Origin: Chitinophagales bacterium
GTDB taxonomy: Bacteria > Bacteroidota > Bacteroidia > Chitinophagales > JADIYW01
Reading direction: 5' to 3'
NCBI GenBank assembly: GCA_046329815.1
Contig: JAXLTY010000003.1
Coordinates: 18,888-82,887, forward strand
DNA length: 64,000 nt
Position numbers and translations under genes: made by a program. Below are positions 62,484 to 64,000 of the stretch, piece after piece; within the stretch, counting starts at the first letter, position 1; the number at the start of each line of letters is the position of its first letter. Below the pieces are notes generated by a model that was not told the DNA's origin, ran no database searches, and saw only the letters and a program-made list of their open reading frames with translations.

Positions 62484-64000
62484 ATGGCAGATGATGTAGT
62501 AAAAGAAAAAGTAAAACGTACCAAAAAAGCACCGGTACAGGAAGAACCAATTGAAGAAAACGCGCCGGCACCAATCATTGATGCAGAAACATTAAAGACA
62601 GGTTTGGGTTTATTTTTTCTATTTGTATCTATCGTATTATTTGTTGCCTTTGTTTCCTATTTGTTTACCTGGAAAGATGATCAGGATAAAGTGATGAATT
62701 TTTCCTGGAAAATTATTTTTAGCAAAGAAGCATTAGTTGAAAATAAAATGGGCAGAATTGGCGCTTATTTGTCGCACCTTTTTTTCTATGATTTTTTTGG
62801 TATTGCCGCATTCATTGTTCCGTATATTTTTTTCGCTATCGGTGTTAATCTTACTTTCAAAGAAAAAATATTTCGCATCACCAAAATATTTTTCACCAGT
62901 TTATTCTGGCTGATTTTCATAGCAACATTAGCAACTTTCATTTTTCCAAACGCCGGCTTTCCTTATGGCGGCGGTTTAGGCAAAAATAATTATGAATGGC
63001 TTTCTACTTTTATTGGCACTTTAGGTTTAGGTATTTTACTGGCAATTATCGGTTTTACGTTTTTAGGTTTTAATGTGCGCGATACATTCCTGAAATTCAA
63101 AGCATGGAAACAGCAATGGCAGGAAAAAAGAAGATTGGCTGCATTAGAAAAACAAGTTTATAAAAACAGTAAGATAGAAAATGAAGTCGATGATTTTTAT
63201 AAAGAAGATGAGCTGGTAAAAGAAGAAGGTTATGAAATGGAAAGCATCATTCCTGAAGAAAAAGAATTACCAACACCTCATTTTGATGACAAAACCTTTG
63301 AGATCATTAATGAAAATGAAACCAATAATGAAATTGACTTACCTGAAATAAAACCGATTGATGAGAAATATTTAGAAATGGAACTGGTGGAAAAACCAGT
63401 TGAAGATACAAATGCAATCGAGCTGGAAAATCCGACTTTAACAAAAGAAAAAAACGTTGCTAAAGAAGATAATATTGATCTGGAAATTGAAGAGTTGCAG
63501 GCATTCGGCACTGCAAACACGGCTGATCTGTTAGCGGCAAATACAGTAACTGCTGCCACAGAAATTAATTCGCAAACTAAAAAAGCATTAGAACATTTTG
63601 GTTTAGATACTGAATTCGATCCGAAACTGGAATTATCTGATTACAAATATCCGCCGTTGACTTTAATGGAAGAACACGGCAGCGGACAAATCGAGATCAA
63701 TAAAGAAGAACTGGAAGCCAACAAAAATCAGATCGTTCAAACTTTATTGAATTACAATATTGGCATTGATAAAATAAAAGCAACTGTTGGACCAACTGTA
63801 ACATTATATGAAATTGTTCCTGAAAAAGGCGTGCGTATTTCTAAAATCAAAAACCTGGAAGACGATATTGCATTGAGTTTGGCTGCGCTTGGTATTCGTA
63901 TCATCGCGCCGATTCCTGGTCGTGGAACTATTGGTATTGAAGTGCCGAATGTGAAGAAAAGCATTGTATCCATGCGCTCCATGCTGGCTGGCGAAAAGTT
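62484..64000 (+). CDS. ftsK: DNA translocase FtsK/SpoIIIE (5' part; continues past window end)
   Basis: Own translation from ATG 62484: MADDVVKEKVKRTKKAP… followed by 4-5 TM helices, a long acidic linker and the start of the alpha domain ('YKYPPLTLM…IKATVGPTVTLYEIVPEKGVRISKIKNLEDDIALSLAA…IIAPIPGRGTIGIEVPN'). Open to the window end. Confidence 0.88.
   Translation, partial: MADDVVKEKVKRTKKAPVQEEPIEENAPAPIIDAETLKTGLGLFFLFVSIVLFVAFVSYLFTWKDDQDKVMNFSWKIIFSKEALVENKMGRIGAYLSHLFFYDFFGIAAFIVPYIFFAIGVNLTFKEKIFRITKIFFTSLFWLIFIATLATFIFPNAGFPYGGGLGKNNYEWLSTFIGTLGLGILLAIIGFTFLGFNVRDTFLKFKAWKQQWQEKRRLAALEKQVYKNSKIENEVDDFYKEDELVKEEGYEMESIIPEEKELPTPHFDDKTFEIINENETNNEIDLPEIKPIDEKYLEMELVEKPVEDTNAIELENPTLTKEKNVAKEDNIDLEIEELQAFGTANTADLLAANTVTAATEINSQTKKALEHFGLDTEFDPKLELSDYKYPPLTLMEEHGSGQIEINKEELEANKNQIVQTLLNYNIGIDKIKATVGPTVTLYEIVPEKGVRISKIKNLEDDIALSLAALGIRIIAPIPGRGTIGIEVPNVKKSIVSMRSMLAGEK

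Overview
The window looks like a chromosomal segment of a low-GC Bacteroidota genome. That assignment is an inference from gene content: a CarboxypepD_reg-type TonB-dependent receptor, lipoprotein-rich secreted clusters, a eukaryote-like kynurenine pathway, and typical short intergenic 'word' repeats.

Most of the window is housekeeping: clpB, dnaK, apaG, gmk, dcd, a two-component pair, aguA/aguB, mtaB, dnaX, an acyl-CoA dehydrogenase and the ftsK 5' end. It also holds a 12-gene tryptophan/kynurenine catabolic cluster (49.3-60.1 kb) and a subclass B1 metallo-beta-lactamase.

Five things deserve a second look:
- **Phased tandem arrays.** Four non-coding arrays have strict 21-22 bp phasing (17.08, 25.01, 46.47 and 60.79 kb). 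Two of them sit next to diverged paralogs of an uncharacterised ~160-185 aa protein.
- **AT-rich nuclease islands.** There are three: a degenerate integrase-fold gene plus a HEPN-like (RNNVGFH) gene at 17.4-18.6 kb; an unknown 389-aa gene plus a Zc3h12a-type NYN RNase at 20.8-23.4 kb; and a translationally coupled EcoRI-family methyltransferase, DUF262-HNH nuclease and unknown gene at 43.8-46.3 kb.
- **dnaX recoding candidate.** dnaX is interrupted at an A10 run, and the -1 frame stays open to the tau C-terminus.
- **Shared heat-shock motif.** dnaK and clpB carry the same upstream motif.
- **Repeats.** Several families of REP/MITE-like interspersed repeats are present.

I found no rRNA, tRNA or CRISPR. 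All calls come from reading the sequence and ORF translations by eye. No searches or computations were run.
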